Positions 25,663 through 42,256 of a stretch of DNA of 64,000 nucleotides are shown piece by piece. A program made the translations under genes and the position numbers. Each line of letters opens with the position of its first letter. Positions within the stretch are counted from its first letter, which is position 1. The stretch is from the human T2T-CHM13v2.0 reference genome, Homo sapiens. The DNA is taken from the NCBI RefSeq assembly GCF_009914755.1, contig NC_060935.1. One strand, 5' to 3'. The notes below the pieces were generated by a model that made no database searches, was not told the DNA's origin, and saw only the letters and a program-made list of their open reading frames with translations.

Positions 25663-27502
25663 ACAGCGGATATTATCTCTCTTTACTCAAAATCCAAGAG
25701 AAAGAGAATGAGTTAGATCATTTGCAAAATTTACTTTAGCTTTAATAGTTTATGTGTATATGTGCATATTTATACCTATGTCTGTACTTATGTCTATGCC
25801 TACATCTCATAGAGAAATATATCTATATCTGCATCTATTGATGTCTATGCATCTATAGAGAGATATATCTGTATCTATATCTATTGGTTGAATCTATAAT
25901 TAAAAATTAATGCTGTCAGGAACAAAAGCAGGGTGCCCATATAAGTGAATGACCAGATGGTGAGGTGGTATATTACATTGGATGGTTGAGTATCAAAAAA
26001 TATGTAAAAATATCAAAAGTAATATGAATAAACATCAAAAATAATACTTTTGCTGATTAATAAAAACAAGTCATGTCTATAACTGCAGGATGTGTTTTCA
26101 GGCAATTCTGGGAAAGCCAACGCAAAAATGTTTGAAGACGTTCAAGTAAGTGAAGAAGTACAGAGTAGGTGGAAAACAGTGATTAAGAGGTGAAACAATG
26201 TAGGTGGTTAAGACACATGGTGGGATATGGGTTCTTAGTTGCCCTCAAATATGCTCTCATTCTCCTGTGTTGACAGCATCTGTAGATTTTTTTCTGGCAA
26301 ATCATTCCACTTCACTTTCTTAAAAAAGCTCTTAAAGTCAACTTGAGCCATCGAGATGAGGTTCACCTACAAGAGATGGCAGATGGGGGAGCTAGAAGGA
26401 GCATGAGTTGCCACTAAATTAATGTTTGTCATGTTGTCAACTGTGGACTACCTCTGGATTTTTAAGCAAGAGATAATACTGTCTTTTTTGTTAAGTTAAT
26501 TTCGATGGTTTTAATGATCTACTCTGAAAATGAATGAATCAGAAATTATACTAAATAGCATAAATATGAGTAAAGAAATAAAATGAATTGTCTAACAGTT
26601 TGACAAATTTTCAAGAGATTTTGATAACTATTATATAATTTAATAATTATACTGTGATATCTTTAATTTTGATATATTAACAGCACACTGTTAAGATGTA
26701 TTTTCCTCTATGAAAATGATAATATAATGGCCTGAATTGACAACTGTTTTTAGTTCCATGTTTCCTTCCTGCATGCATTTAAAATATGAATACATTTAAA
26801 CTCATTTCACTTTTCATACTTCTCATATGTTCTTTAAGATGCAAAAATTTACAGCTACATTGTAAATAATTTATGGAAAATACAAATTATAGGTAGTTGG
26901 AGGAAAATGCAATAGAAAACAGGGAAGGGTCATGAAGGCCATCTTGGAAGGAGGGAGGTTGTTGGAGTGGAAGGCAACTTATAAAATATCATTTGAAGGG
27001 TTCCAAATATTGTCTCTGATCTCCACTATTTCTCTCATTGGTTAGCAACCAGAACCTAAAATAACTATGAGATACAAGATTTAAGTATTATTTCTTAAGA
27101 AACCTGTAGCTAAAGTTGGAATATTATTAAGAAATCAAATTTATTAATCCATAAATAATTGTTAATTTATTCAATATTCTTTGTTCTTGGTAACTTTTCT
27201 CCTTATCCTTTCTCTATCTTGTGCTATCAACTTTGTCCTCTATTTCGTGGTCTTTTCTTTACTATCCTTAACTATGGACATTTGCCTCTCTTTGTGTCCT
27301 TGCCTTCTTTTTGTGTATAATTTTCAACTAACAATTTAGGGGGTTAAGGGGACGGCCTTGATTCCTCTTTTCCCTTTAGTGGTCACTCTAAATCTTTGCT
27401 TTCCTTAAAAGCCAAACTAAAGAAAAAAGTACAAAAATCATCAATCTTCATTACTAAACTCCCCCTAACTCATTAATCCAATCTATGTTTGCTATCACTA
27501 CT

Positions 27503-27819
27503 CTGTTTCTTTGTTTTTGTTTTTGTTTGTTTGCTTTTTTGAGACGGAGTCTCGCTCTGTCACCAGGCTAGAGTGCAGTGGTGCAATCTCGGCCCCCTGG
27601 TAACTCTGCCTCGCTGGTTCAAGCGATTCTCCTGCCTCAGCCTCCCAACTAGCTGGGACTACAGGAGCATGCCACCACGCCCAGCTAATTTTTGTATTTT
27701 TAGTAGAGACGGGGTTACACCATATTGGCCAGGATGGTCTTGATCTCTTGACCTCCTGATCTACCCGACTCCACCTCCCAAAGTGCTGGGATTACAGGCG
27801 GGAGCCACCGCACCCAGCT
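27503..27819 (-). mobile_element. AluSc
   Basis: caggatggtcttgatctcttgacctc; gtcaccagg; TSD gctatcactact. Confidence 0.93.
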
Positions 27820-28290
27820 GCTATCACTACTTTCAAATGACTGTTGCTAAGGTGAACAATGACTTCCATATCTCTACATCAAAAAACATTGTCCCTATTA
27901 TATTTGATCTCTTAGAGTATTTAACTTCCTAATTCACTCTATCTTTTTAAATGACTCTCTTCCATTGATTTTCCCTTTTTTATTCTTGTATCCCTTAAAG
28001 CCTGGCTAACTCTTACGAGTTTTAAGTATTTATCTTTCTTGCTTCTAAATCTCTTTTACTTGTTACTTTTACACTTTTGCCGGATGGTCATGCCTGCTTA
28101 TGTATCCCAAATTTTTACTTTAATATGTCCATCCCACGTTTCATCTCTGAGCTCCCAAGATCACATTTGACATGCTTTTTAATACTTAAACTTTGAGATC
28201 TCAGTTAAACTTCACATTACCAAGACATTTGTCCTAAATCATGTTTTCTTCTAGGCACCACATGGATGGGCAACCACGTCCATCTCATAG

Positions 28291-29146
28291 TGATGGGACA
28301 CAGACAAATTCCTAGGCAGACAGGGAAGAGCCTCTGGTGAAACCCCATCTGTCAAGCCAAAGACAGTTTGTAGCCTAAAAACTGAACTGCCAGTTCCATA
28401 TTGAGTCCATAACCAGAGTAAGAACTTCTATCCCTGTCTTACCCTTTCTCTCGATTGGTTTCTTCTGGATGATGTCTTTTAGCCATTGAAATGGTGCTGT
28501 TTCCAAAGACCACCCATGGACCAATCAACAAGCATTCCCCATTCTAAGCCCACAGAAACCTTAGACTCAGCCACACAGACAGCTACCCACTCTCAAGTCC
28601 CCTCTCAGAGTTGAGAGGTTTCATTCCGTCACTCAATAAAGTTCTTCTCTGCCTTACTCACTCTCCAGCATCCACACACCTTATTCCTCTTGGTAGCAGG
28701 ATGAGAACCCAGAACCAGCTGTGACACACTCCCACTCACTGGATGAAATAGGAGAAAAAGCTGTAACTCGCTCCCACTCGCTGAGCTACAGGAGTGAAGA
28801 GCTGTGACATCTGTTGGGGGTTTGAACCTCAGGAATAGCCGAGTAAAAGCTGTAATGCCTTGGGGCTCTGTGTTTGCTGACATCTCTGAGTTTTGGGGTG
28901 CCACTGCATTCCTCTTGTCCAGAGGCCAGTGCCCAACATGGAAGCCACTTGTGGCATGCCTCGTCTAGCTGCAAGCTGACAGTGGAGCCTCAGTGGGGAC
29001 AGGATCCAAGCAGGTGTGAGCCAAGCACAGCCTACTGGGCCAAGCAAGCGGAGCGAGGCCAGTGGGCCTCCAGTGCGGCCTGGACAGAGGTAGTGGCAGC
29101 TGCAGAGATTTCTGGCTGGCAAAGCAACACTGGAGGAGTCCTGTAA
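28291..29146 (+). mobile_element. ERV1 solo LTR of the LTR1/LTR27/LTR28 group, within L2-like DNA
   Basis: tgatggga...aaattcctaggcagacaggg; CCAAT; AATAAA at ~28635; repeated agctgt(a/g)ac motifs; terminal ttctggctggcaaagc...cctgtaa; no clear TSD. Confidence 0.78.
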
Positions 29147-31154
29147 GTCATCCACTTTTGCAAATCAGAATGCCACGAGGCATGCTTGATACCTCTTCTT
29201 TCTCATGGCACACATTAAATCCAACTCCATGTCCTGTCGATTTTATTTCCCAAATATCTGTCCCATATGCTCTTGTTTTTCCATTAATACTGACTCTGAA
29301 CTTTGAGTTGGATCAGAATATTAAACATTAGCTAACTCAATATTAATTAAGTCAACTTCATGGCCACTCTGTATCACAGTCTGAAAATCTACTCCTTATT
29401 CTCCATTCCATTCCATTCCACATTATAGCGTGCTACATTATACAAAATGACTTTGTAGAGGTTTTATAATGAGATTAAATAGCAACATAAAAATCCAATA
29501 TCATTATTATAGAGATGTCCTCAAATTTAGGTAAAGGAAAAGTAGATGGTTTTAGTATAGAATTAATTTATCAGCACATAAAACCAATTAATTTAAGAAG
29601 TATTGTAATTTAAGATGTAAGAGAGCAGATGATGGTACTTTCTACCCTATCATCAAAAGTTAGTATATTTTTATTTTTATTTTCAGTATAAAACATGTTT
29701 TGTTGCAAAAAAAAGAGAGACTAGTAAGTATTGAGGGAAGTATACATTTCCCTCATTGAGGGAAGAAATACATTTCTATGTTTCAGAGAGAGAAATTTTT
29801 TAGAGAGAAAAAAATAGGACATCTCAACCCCAAGCCTAGGATAACATTTGAGACCATAACTGTAGAGATAAAAAAAATTGTCACAATAATATTTTAATAT
29901 AACATTATAGAAAGTAACCTTCTGCGTGGACACAATCTTTAATTCAGCAAACAAACAAATATTTAAATTTTTTAAGTTGGGATGTTTTGTATCAGCATCT
30001 GATGTGCATGGAAATTTATTTCCCGGTCCTGACTTCAGAGGGCTCTGATAGGTAGTTCTTGGTAGTTTTAATAAAAAAATCTGCACCTACAATAGAAATG
30101 TCATAAGTATCCCCCAGTGGTATTTTGAAATGACCCTAGGAATTAGGACTAAACCAAATGAAGGCTTTGTGCGGGCTTTTGTGATGGATAGCAAACCAAT
30201 TTCAAATATAAAAATATGTAGTGATAAGGACATTAACCTAGCCAAGAATGATATCAGAGGAATCATACACATTAGTTTAGGCTTGTCAAAAGGGGTCTGT
30301 ATTATGAAGCAATGCTTGAATAAGAGAAGTGATTTATCCATAGTCTGAGGTAAAATACTAATTGATTATGATTTTGGAAAGAAGCTAAAAATATGGGAAC
30401 TACATCTTGCTCTGAGTGAAAAATCACCAATACTGGCTAGGGATAAAGGCAGGACTCCAGCCAAGTATTCTGAATTTTTAAAATAAGGCATCATTATAGT
30501 GAAGTATTTAATTATTAATCAGAATCTGGGAAAACAAACCTGCATTCACATTGAATGAATGCATAGGAAGATGAAGTCTGTAATTGGATGGGCATGTTAG
30601 CCTTCTGGGCTTGTTACATGGTTATGCAACATACTAAGTTCACTGCTATCTAATAAGTATATGTTAAATAAGGGGTTAAAATCAGCAGATGGGAACAGTG
30701 GCAGGTTATCTTACAGTGGTAAAGTAAAATAAATGATTAGAAAAAATTTCATTTTTTCTGGAAATACATAAAAGAAATCAAGCTTGTAAAAATTTTTGAG
30801 CTGAACAAAGAAACAAAACTTGTGAACATTCTAGGATCCTATGTATTAATTAAGAATAAGTTGAAAGCATGCAATCTAAAACCATGTTAATAATGACTTA
30901 CACTTCCCATTGAACCTTAGGATGCAGAAAGGTGCAAAGTCCATCATTCCCAACCTAATGATAATATAAAGCGAGGTGCTCTATAAAATTAACATTTTCC
31001 TTGAACCCATAAAAAAGATGACATTATAGGACGAGCCTATAGCTAGAATTTCAGAGAAGCCAAAGAAGAATCCAGGCATGTGTACTGGCTTACATGTGAC
31101 AAACATGGGAGGAAAATAGGGCCTCTGAGGAAACGGATAGGAATAGAGCTATAA

Positions 31155-31413
31155 TTTTTTTTTTTTTTTGAGACAGAGTCTCACTCTATTGCTCAGGCTG
31201 GAGTGCAGTGGCCTGATCTCAGCTCACTGCAAGCTCCACCTCCCAGGTTCATGCCTTTCTCTGCCTCAGCCTCCCAAGTAGCTGGGACTACAGGTGCCCA
31301 CCACCATGCCCGGCTAATTTTTTCTTTTTTTTTGGTAGAGACAGGGTTTTACCATGTTAGCCAGGATGGTCTCGATCTACTGACCTCCTGATCCGCCCAC
31401 CTTGGCCTCCCAA
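31155..31413 (-). mobile_element. AluY-like, 5'-truncated by ~35-40 bp
   Basis: actgcaagctcc, ggttcatgcc and ttagccaggatggtctcgatct diagnostics; ends at ggcctcccaa. Confidence 0.88.
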
Positions 31414-31759
31414 TATATTTTTTAATGAATTTCTAAGGCTAAATATGGACTGATCAGACAGTATATAACTTAAGGGAGTCACCAAAGAAAAGAGATTTCT
31501 AACCTATTTGCAGACTGTTTTTCCACTCTCCTGGGATGATCACGAGAAAGACTGAGGGCAGGGAGGGAGACAGGAGACAGTCTACCTGAGTGATTTAGGC
31601 CTGGGGAAGGGGGAGCCATCACTTTTCCAGGCAAAGCATGAAATTCTGCCTACATTCTTCTGACTTAAGCAACAAAAGTTTAAAGTAAATATAGGGGAAG
31701 AAAGGAAAATATTAGAATATTTCAGTGTACTAATTTTTATGGTTTCTACTTAAAAATAC

Positions 31760-32030
31760 GTATTATTTTTAATTGACAAATCATCATTGTATTACATTAT
31801 GGAGTACCCTGTGATGTTTTAATATAGGTATACAATGTGGAATGATTAAATTAGGTCAGTTAACATATTCATTACCTCATCTACTTAATATTTGTTTAAA
31901 GTTTTATTTGATTTTTAATCAGCACATAATAATTGTACACATTTATGGAGCAGAGTGTGATTTTTTTGATACATGTATAAATTGTGCAATGATCAAATCA
32001 GAGTAATTAGTGTATCACTTTAAACACTTG
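31760..32030 (-). mobile_element. Two adjacent short L1MA 3' ends
   Basis: Two diverged copies of ttttaatt(g)ac...attgta(t/c)acatt...atggag...gtgat...aatgat(t/c)aaat. Confidence 0.7.
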
Positions 32031-35000
32031 ATCTCATTCATATGGTTCTGTAATTTTCCTCAGTTCTTAAAAGCTGAAATGCATTCAAGTCATTTGTTTT
32101 CAAATTATTCTCTGAATGTGGCAAAGTACAATGCATATATTCAGCATTGTTTCAACTACAAATAATGTGTGCAAAATTTTCAAATGCAATTGTTTAAATG
32201 TTTTCTTAGAAAAATTTAATAATAATAATAATAATAATGATAAAGAGGAACACTGAAAAAAAAAAAAGGTTTCACAGACCTTCCTTCTCAGATTTGCTTC
32301 AAAGAAAGTTGACATTTTCTATCTACCCTTATACGACAATCTCTGCTAAGGCTACTACCATCTCCCTTCCTAAATGCCATCTTCACCACCATTTACTGTG
32401 GATCATATCACCTTGTTAATTGGGCAGCACTTGTCATATATAATCTGTAAATTATTCCAATTATACCATACTCATGAGATTATCACAGAACCAAGTAAAT
32501 AAAAACTACTTAAAAGACAATTGACATTAAAACAGCAAGTTTTATTCTCTCTCATGTATTAAGCCCCAAAATGATGGAGAAATTCTGTAAAATCATTATA
32601 GACACAGTCTTTGTCTTTTTGTTCAGCTATCCTAGAGTGTCACTCTCATCTGTGTGATGTGAGGTAGCTCCAATGAATGTATTTCAGCCAGCAGACATAG
32701 AGGAGAGGAAAAGAACATGCTTCTCTAATGATCAAAGTCACAACTTAGAAGCTGCCTGGTCAATTTGGCCATATCTAGCTATTAGAAAGGCTGAGGAATA
32801 TCACTCGACAAACTAAAATTGGTGAGTTTAATATCTTGAGAAAAAAATGAAGTTAAAAGTTTCAGATTAATACCTTCTATGTAACTTTTATCACTGTTGA
32901 ATTTTCTTAAGATGTTTGAAAGTTGGCAGGCTGGCCTACAGTGATTTTACTGAAAACAAATTTTAAAATAATAATAATGAAAATCATTGCAAATCATGTG
33001 AAATGGCAAGAGAGCAGACTTGAAGATTACCTAACTAGAGAAAAATGAAATATAAATTTATTTGACTTTACCAAAAATTCATTTAGCAGTCTTATTCTTT
33101 ATTATAAATGAAGAAACTAAAGTGCATAGATGTTAACTGTCTTTCTAAAATTCATGAGGCTAACTAGTAAGAGATGGGAGTGGATACCAGTCTCCTTTTA
33201 CCCATGCTCTTTATTTTATACCACAGCGTCAGGTTAGGTTTTTAATAAGGGTATCGTTTATATGAGGACCAAGTATGCCATCTAATTTTTATTCTCACAG
33301 TAGTATGAATGCGAACAAAAATATATTTTTGATTGACTGCTATTCCCTGAACGGACTCAAGTGGTGGCTGATATTTATATGTTCTCTGAGGAGAGAAGTG
33401 ATATATAGAAGATGGTGAGGGATGGGGAAGTAAATGCACCTTGGGGATATGAAAGGTAGATGAGTATCTATATCCTCGCTGTATTTTCAGCTGATTCATC
33501 TAAGATTGTGCTGAATAAACAGATAGCCAATAATAGGAATAGTGGCCACTTTCCTGGAAGTCCTAGGTAGATACTGAGTACAGAATTGTCCCCATCAGTC
33601 TATAATCCAAAGCTATCAACAGCTATAAGGTGGTACCAAACTGCAATTGAGATTCCAGATTTGGCAGAGTGCACATGGATTCCAGAACACCTAGCTGACT
33701 GTAGAGGTTCGTCCAAAAAAATGTCATCAACCTTGCAACAGTGTGATAGTGAAATATATATAATTTATTTTTTATACTTCGTTTACTTCATCATGTCCCC
33801 TTTTTACCGTTATTAATCATAATCAGTTTTGCTATTCAGCCCATGTACATTGGTACAGCTATACAAATTACTCAAATAAAAAACGTGTTTATAGCAGTTG
33901 GTAAATAGCTACTGGTGCGATTGCTACCACCTTTCTTGGCTTACATTTTGGTCAAATCTGGACTTTCTCAGATGTAGAAATTAAAATAGTTATGCCGGGC
34001 ACACATACACACTCAAAGCCTCCAGGATCATGATTCAGTGCTATGGACTGCTTCTATTCTGATTGGTTTATGCCTGTGTCTTTCCAAGTGTTAAATATTT
34101 TGAAAGTTACTTTTAATTATAACCAATGCAAATTAAACTTTCTAAATGCTTTTTTTCCCTGATTGTTCTTGTGTGCTTTTCCTATTTTGAAGCAATCCTG
34201 TTTCTCTTACTATCTTCATTTATCTTAGCATCTTACTGCTATTATGCCTCTATGAATAAATGTATTTATTCTTTCCAAAATTAAAACAATCCCAAAACTC
34301 TAGTACAAAGCAATGTATTTTTAAGAAATATTATAAATAAGTTTTATGCATAAAGTTACTTAGATCAACATTTAGTTGAAAACAAGCAAATTTATTTCAA
34401 AATATGTATAGTTTAAGATGGTATTTTCAGTATAACATACTTATTAGCCAAAAATCCCCACAAATAAATTATCTATAGACAATTAAAATATCAAATCAAT
34501 ATATGTAGATGCCACATATAGGTATTAGTGAATTCTTTCATTAATCTACTTAATAAACAGTTATTTATTGTCTATAATGTTTGAGGTATTGTAGAAGCCG
34601 CATATTTGAGGCACCGTTCCTTCTTTCAATAAGCGTCCTATTCAGAAAGTGAAAAAACATACAGCCAAATTATTGTAACTCATTTAAAATGTTAAATGTG
34701 TCATAAGATAACTTTCTAACACCACAGTTAGTATTGAAAGGTGGGAAACACCACTTTCAAATTGAGGGAATTTAAGGTTTCCTGGAGAAGGCAGTCTTTG
34801 AGTTATACTTTAAAGAATAGGTAAAACTTCAGGTGAAGAGACATACAGGAAGGTGAGTAGTGTTGAAAGCACATTAAGCTATAGCATGAAAATCTTGAGT
34901 AATTTGAAGAAAGCAGTTTCCTAATTGAACAATCACTTTATCCATAATTATCAATTTTAGAATTCATAAAAATATTGAATCTGTTTTATAAAAATACATA

Positions 35001-35089
35001 TTCCTAGGTTCCAGTCTCAATGTACTAAATATGAGTCTGTGGTGTGAGACCCAGGGATCTATGTTGTAAACTAACACTTTCTAATCTCC

Positions 35090-35525
35090 CATCTTATATG
35101 TACCTACTTTTCATATGTAACTATTTTAAAGTGTCTAAATATACCCCTAAGTTGTACATAATGTAATTTTACATATGTAGTTTTAATATAAATAAACAGA
35201 AGTAAAAATGTAACATTTCTTACTATTCTCATTTTAACATTATGTTTTTGATATCTTTCCATGTTGCTGTATAAACATCTAATTCATTGCTTCTGGCTTC
35301 TAAAGAGCACTGCACCAGTAAATGTGAGCACACTTCACTTGAAATCGATACCTAGATAACCCCTAGCAACTTACTAATGCAAACAGTGCTGTGGTAAATA
35401 TCTTCCTGCATGTCCACTTTTGGACAAATGAAAGTTTCTCTAGATTATCCCCATAATTTGAATTCCTAGGTAATAAAATATAAGTGTATTAAAGTGCTTT
35501 CAGGTTGCTTTCTAGAATGGCTATT
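35090..35525 (-). mobile_element. Old L1M 3' fragment
   Basis: acattatgtttttgatatctttccatgttgctg...aattcattgctt...gtttctctag; ends abruptly in AT-rich filler. Confidence 0.6.
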
Positions 35526-35683
35526 TCTAACAAAACAAAAAACATTATTTATGTAATAAATTTAATTAATTTACTTTTATTTACTTAACAAAACATATAT
35601 TTATATTTATTTATATATTATATATTAGTTATATATTATATATTTGTTGTATACTTATATTTATTTAATAAATAAAATAAATA

Positions 35684-36437
35684 AAATTTATTATTTTAGT
35701 CAGTCTCAGTAAGTAACCACTCTTGTGTCCCACGTAGAGTAAGAGATAATTTTATCTCAATATTTTCCGTAACATATACCTCAGCAGTTTTCCTTTTAAT
35801 ATACTGGATTTAACCACATGGCTCATTGTTAGTCTAGGTGTAGATGGTCCTTTGAGAAAATATGAGCAGTTTATTGGGGCAAATGTAGTCCAATTTTCAT
35901 GAGTCTTTCCTCAACTATAATCAATGTTCCCGTGAGTATTCTCTGGGGACTACCAATAGGTATAATGAATTTTAGACACAAAAAAGCTTTGAAATGGGTC
36001 AAATTAATGTATTAATTGAATAAATTCCAATAACAATTTGTATCCAGGTCTGAAAATTAATTTTTTATTCTATTTCTCATCTTACATTTTGTTTAGCCAT
36101 GTTGGAAAGCATAGCCCATCAGTATTTCACCAAATGACTCTAATGATAAATACGTAAGCACTCTAAAAAATTAATGGCAATAATTCATTAAAAGGCCAAA
36201 ATTTGAATATAAACTTCTTTATATTTTCAAATTCTCAGGAAAAAAAGGCTTAACTATAACCTCCCTTGCGAGTTAAAAATCCAACAAGATTCAAGCACAA
36301 CATTTAAAGGCCAATGAAATATTTCCCCTGATGAGTTAGAAGTCTTGACTTAAATTTTTTAAAATCACCCCCAAATTTATTATTTTAGTCAGTCTCAGTA
36401 AGTAACCACTCTTGTGTCCCATGTAGAGTAAGAGATA
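35684..36437 (+). repeat. Dispersed 65-bp direct repeat (35684-35748 and 36373-36437)
   Basis: aaatttattattttagtcagtctcagtaagtaaccactcttgtgtccca(c/t)gtagagtaagagata; one mismatch. Confidence 0.95.
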
Positions 36438-36864
36438 TTTCATCAGCTGCTTCCTGAAAACAATGTACATTCTTCAAGATATCAAAGGTTCCATTAGCTC
36501 AACAAAAAGTGCTTCATGAAGCTCACTACTAAGTTATCCAGAAAAGGTTCTAAAGAGTTTTTTAAAGTTTAAAGGCAGACACCTTTTGATCTATGAATTT
36601 TATACGAGGCCATAGGGCTGCGTGCCAGGCAATGTTTGTGTTTTCTAAGCTCATTACATTTACGTGTCCAAATACTCCAGTAGATATTTATCTGAGGTCA
36701 GGAGAATGGGTGGGGAAAAACTTCTTGCCAACTGTCTAAAAATGTCAGTTATGTGAAACTTGTTGACCAGAATTCACAATCTGTAGACTTAAACTCAATT
36801 AGAAGACACCTCCAAGAAAGCAATTAATTTGGCACTGGGCACTTTTCCTAATTCTAGGGGTGGG

Positions 36865-37255
36865 TTTATTCATATCCCCTTGTTGCTATAACAAATTACC
36901 ACAAATCTGGCTTGAAACACAGTTTTATCACCTTGCACTTCTGGTGTTCTTCAGTCTAAATGCATTCCCAGGGCTGTGTTACTTCTGGTGGTGCTGAGAT
37001 TATCTGTTTCTATGGCTTTTCAAGCTTCTAGAGGCTGCCTGCAGTCCTTGAATTATGGTTACTAAGACCTCTGTTTCTGTTGTACCATCTCCTTCTCTCC
37101 ACTCTGACCCTCCTGACTCATTCCTATAAAGATCCTGGTTATTATATTGAACCCATCTAGATAACCCAGGACAATCTGCCTATCTTAAGATCCTTAAATC
37201 AGTCACATCTTTAATATGTGGAAATATTTTGTGGGTCATTACTAGGCTTACTATG
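36865..37255 (-). mobile_element. MLT1 MaLR LTR
   Basis: ttgctataacaaattaccacaaa, agcttctagaggctgcctgca, gataacccaggacaatct. Confidence 0.78.
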
Positions 37256-37489
37256 CGGTGTTTGGAAATAACCAGGCAAGTTTTCTTCTCACTGATATTG
37301 GTATATCTTTCTTATCCAAATTATTTCTCAAAAAATTAACTCCATTTTACTGTTAAACATTCATTTCTGGACACTTCAGTGCTTTTGGTAGTTGAGCTTT
37401 CTCAGATAATACAAAACATATGTATGTATATGTATAATACTTATATTGAAAATGTTTAATTACAAAAAGTGTACAATGCATAGCTTGAT

Positions 37490-37997
37490 AACCTATATTT
37501 CTCTCTATCACTGTAACATGTTTCCACAATCTTAGTGATTTAAAGCAAAACAAATTTATTATCTTACAATTATGAAGGTGAGAAGACAGAAGTGGATCTC
37601 GCTGGGCTAAAATCAAAGGGTCAGTAAGTTGTATTCCTTCTGCAATGGTTTCCTTGCCTTTCCCAGCTTCTAAAAACCACACACATTCCACAGCTCAGGG
37701 CACCATTCCTCCATCTTCAAAGCCAGCAACATGCGGCTGAGTCCTTCTCATGATACCATCTCTCTGCTTTCCTCACTTCTGCCTCCCTCTTCTACTTAAA
37801 AGGACTGTGATCTCCCAACCCATCCTACCTTGATAATCCAGGATAATCTTTCCATCTCAAGACCACCTGATTATCAACTTTAATTCTATTTGCAACCTTA
37901 ATTCCCCTCAGCCATGCAACCTAACATATTTACAAGATTCAGCAGTTTGGACCTGGACATGTTTGGCAGGGGAAAGGGGCATTATTTTGCCTACCAT
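37490..37997 (-). mobile_element. MLT1D-like MaLR LTR
   Basis: ctgggctaaaatcaa, ccatcttcaaagccagcaa, gataatccaggataatct, ggggcattattttgcctacca. Confidence 0.82.
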
Positions 37998-37999
37998 CC

Positions 38000-40815
<2,816 letters not shown>

Positions 40816-41470
40816 TGATAATGCCTTCTTAATATGTCATTGAGCATTAGGCATGAATTTCTGATGAAGTATGTATGATTCAATGCAGCCTAATAACATC
40901 TGGGAAACAAACAATCATAAACAGTATTAGAATTATGATAATAAAATTTACACTGGCCATTGGGCAGTTATATCAATTTCATTCACAAAACAATTCATTG
41001 TTAAGATTTTTATAGTCAACCTTAAACCTTGCAACACAAACATATAAAGCAAACAATATTTTTTAAACTGAATAGATAAACTTAAGCAGTGAAATATTTT
41101 GGGTAAATATAATTGTACTACTATTTGAAGATTATTATTTTATAAGTTTACCTAAGTAATAAATATAAACATTCCTTTAGTCTCATTAGTGAGACCTAAA
41201 TATTAGATTCAAATAAAAGTGATGGTTGTGATCTCCCATTATTGTGAATATTATAATGATGTTTATTGATTTTTCTACTCTTTAAGGCTTACTAGTTGCT
41301 TTGTCTTCTAAATCTCATTAAGCCAGGATAAAAAATTCAAATGGACAGTGTTAATCTTTTATAATCTATTACTTCATGCCAAATGCATTTCAGAACAAAG
41401 GATAAAAGCTGACCAGTATTATGTTAGTATGAAGAGAAGTAATATACTGTCATGGTTAATGACATTCTAT

Positions 41471-41712
41471 ACAGTGGTTTAAGACCAAAGGCTCAGAAAT
41501 TAGCCTAGCTGGGTTTAAATCCTGCCTTCACTAGTTACTGAAATTAAAATTCAGCAAGTTATTTAACTCATCAATGCCTCTTTTTCTTCATTTAAAGTAA
41601 GAATCATATTTGATATTTAAGGCTGTTGTGAAGATTAAAATGAAATAGTGCATTTAAAGTTTTCAGCATAAGGACAAGCACATGAGTAAATACTGAAAAT
41701 AGTTAAATAGTT
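41471..41712 (+). mobile_element. MIR
   Basis: ctgggtttaaatcct...gcaagttatttaac...ggctgttgtgaagattaaa core. Confidence 0.75.
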
Positions 41713-41922
41713 TTATAAATATTTAATGCAGAGAAGAGACGATGGAGACACAGAAGATCTTGTACCCTAGAACATCTGAATATTCAAATTTTCAATGAGT
41801 TGGAACCATGAATTAGCCAAATTTCCTGTTTACATGAGGTCATCTGACTTTTGGTACTAGCCTCTCTGGTATTAAAGTTTTGATAATACTCTTTTAAGTT
41901 CATGAAAATGAATATTTGATAT

Positions 41923-42256
41923 TGTCTTAGTCCTTTGGGGATGCTAAAATAAAATACCATAGACTGTGCGGCTTATAAGCAACTGAAATTTATTTCTCGC
42001 AGTTCTAGAGGCTGGGAAATTCAAGATAAAGGTGCCAATGCATTCATGGTCTGGTGAGGGCCCATTTCTTACTTCATAAACAGTACCTTCTCACTGTATT
42101 TTCACATGGGGCCTCTTTTATAAGGGAACTAATCCCATTCATAAAGGTTCTGCGCTTATGCCCTAATCTCCTCGCCCCATCTTGTAATACCATCAACATG
42201 GGGGGCAGGGTTTTAACTTATGACTTTGGGGGGTTAAAAACATTCAGACCATAGCA
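41923..42256 (-). mobile_element. MLT1A-like MaLR LTR
   Basis: tgtcttagtc...aataccatagactg...cagttctagaggctgggaa...aacattcagaccatagca. Confidence 0.85.
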
